In this document: positions 62,530-64,000 of the stretch, in pieces
How the letters are laid out: every line of letters starts with the position of its first letter
Position numbering within the stretch: position 1 is the stretch's first letter
Assembly (NCBI RefSeq): GCF_009914755.1
Contig: NC_060928.1
Length of the DNA: 64,000 nt
Source: the human T2T-CHM13v2.0 reference genome, Homo sapiens
Reading direction: 5' to 3' (one strand)
Notes under the pieces: model-generated
Told to the model about the DNA's origin: nothing
The model's input: the letters and a program-made list of their open reading frames with translations, nothing else
Database searches by the model: none
Position numbers and translations under genes: made by a program

Positions 62530-63180
62530 TTTATAAGTGTGAGTTTTCTAGAAAACAGAATCATACGATATGAAGTTTTTAGTGACTTTTTTCACTTAGC
62601 ACATTTTCAAACTCCATCCATGGTTTGGTGTAAGTTCAGTACTTTATCCCTTGTAATGGCCAAATACTATTCCAGTATATGAACATACCACATTTTGTTT
62701 GTATATTCATTGGCTGATGAAGATTTGAGTTGTCTCCACATTTTTGTTACCATGAATAATGCTGTTATGGACATTAATTTTCAAGTTTTTGTGTGAACAT
62801 GTTTTCATTTTGTTTGGATATATACCACAGAGTACAACTGCTGGGTGAAATAACAACTCTGTTCAATTTTTGAGAAATTAAGAAATGGTTTTCCAAAGTA
62901 GCTACACCATTTTACATTCCCACCAGAGAGTATGAAAGTTCCAATTCTTTCACATCCCAACACTCTTTATTATTCTGTCCTTTTGATTAGAGGCATCCTA
63001 GTGGGTTTAAGTGGTATTTCACTATGTTTTTTTCTTCATTTCCCTGATGGCTAATGATATTGAGCATCTTTTTATGTAATTATCGACCATTTGTGTATCT
63101 TCTTTGGAGAAATTTCTATTCAGAAGTTTTCTCCACTTTTTGTGTCATTTGTCTTTTTGTTATTGAGTTTTATAAGACTT
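62530..63180 (-). mobile_element. Old L1 (L1MB-like) 3' end
   Basis: cataccacattttgttt...atgaataatgctgttatg...caccattttacattcccaccag...atggctaatgatattgagcatcttttt. Confidence 0.85.
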
Positions 63181-63184
63181 AAAA

Positions 63185-64000
<816 letters not shown>

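Overview
This is AT-rich, CpG-poor hominoid (human or ape) genomic DNA, not prokaryotic. It is intergenic or deep-intronic, and I found no intact protein-coding exon, tRNA/rRNA gene or CRISPR array. Roughly half of the window is interspersed repeats. The main structures are: (1) a full-length but dead ~6.15 kb L1PA3/PA4-type LINE-1 (11218-17367, minus) that retains the ~129-bp ZNF93-target segment and is inserted with a TSD into an older L1MB-type 3' end; (2) a 5'-inverted (twin-primed) L1PA (44951-48524) with a 14-bp TSD, which carries a very young, 5'-truncated AluYe5-like element with a pure 52-nt tail; (3) many older Alu, L2, L3/CR1, MIR, MaLR/ERV LTR and hAT/Tigger/mariner MITE copies, several with recognisable TSDs. 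The most unusual sequence not explained by known repeats is two pairs of short, old, non-adjacent direct duplications (3983/5612 and 42365/43760), a 49-nt hairpin at 36730, two motif-dense candidate enhancers and some weak splice-site pairs. I find no evidence for a new multi-gene system. Subfamily names come from recalled consensus sequences and need confirmation with RepeatMasker/Dfam.
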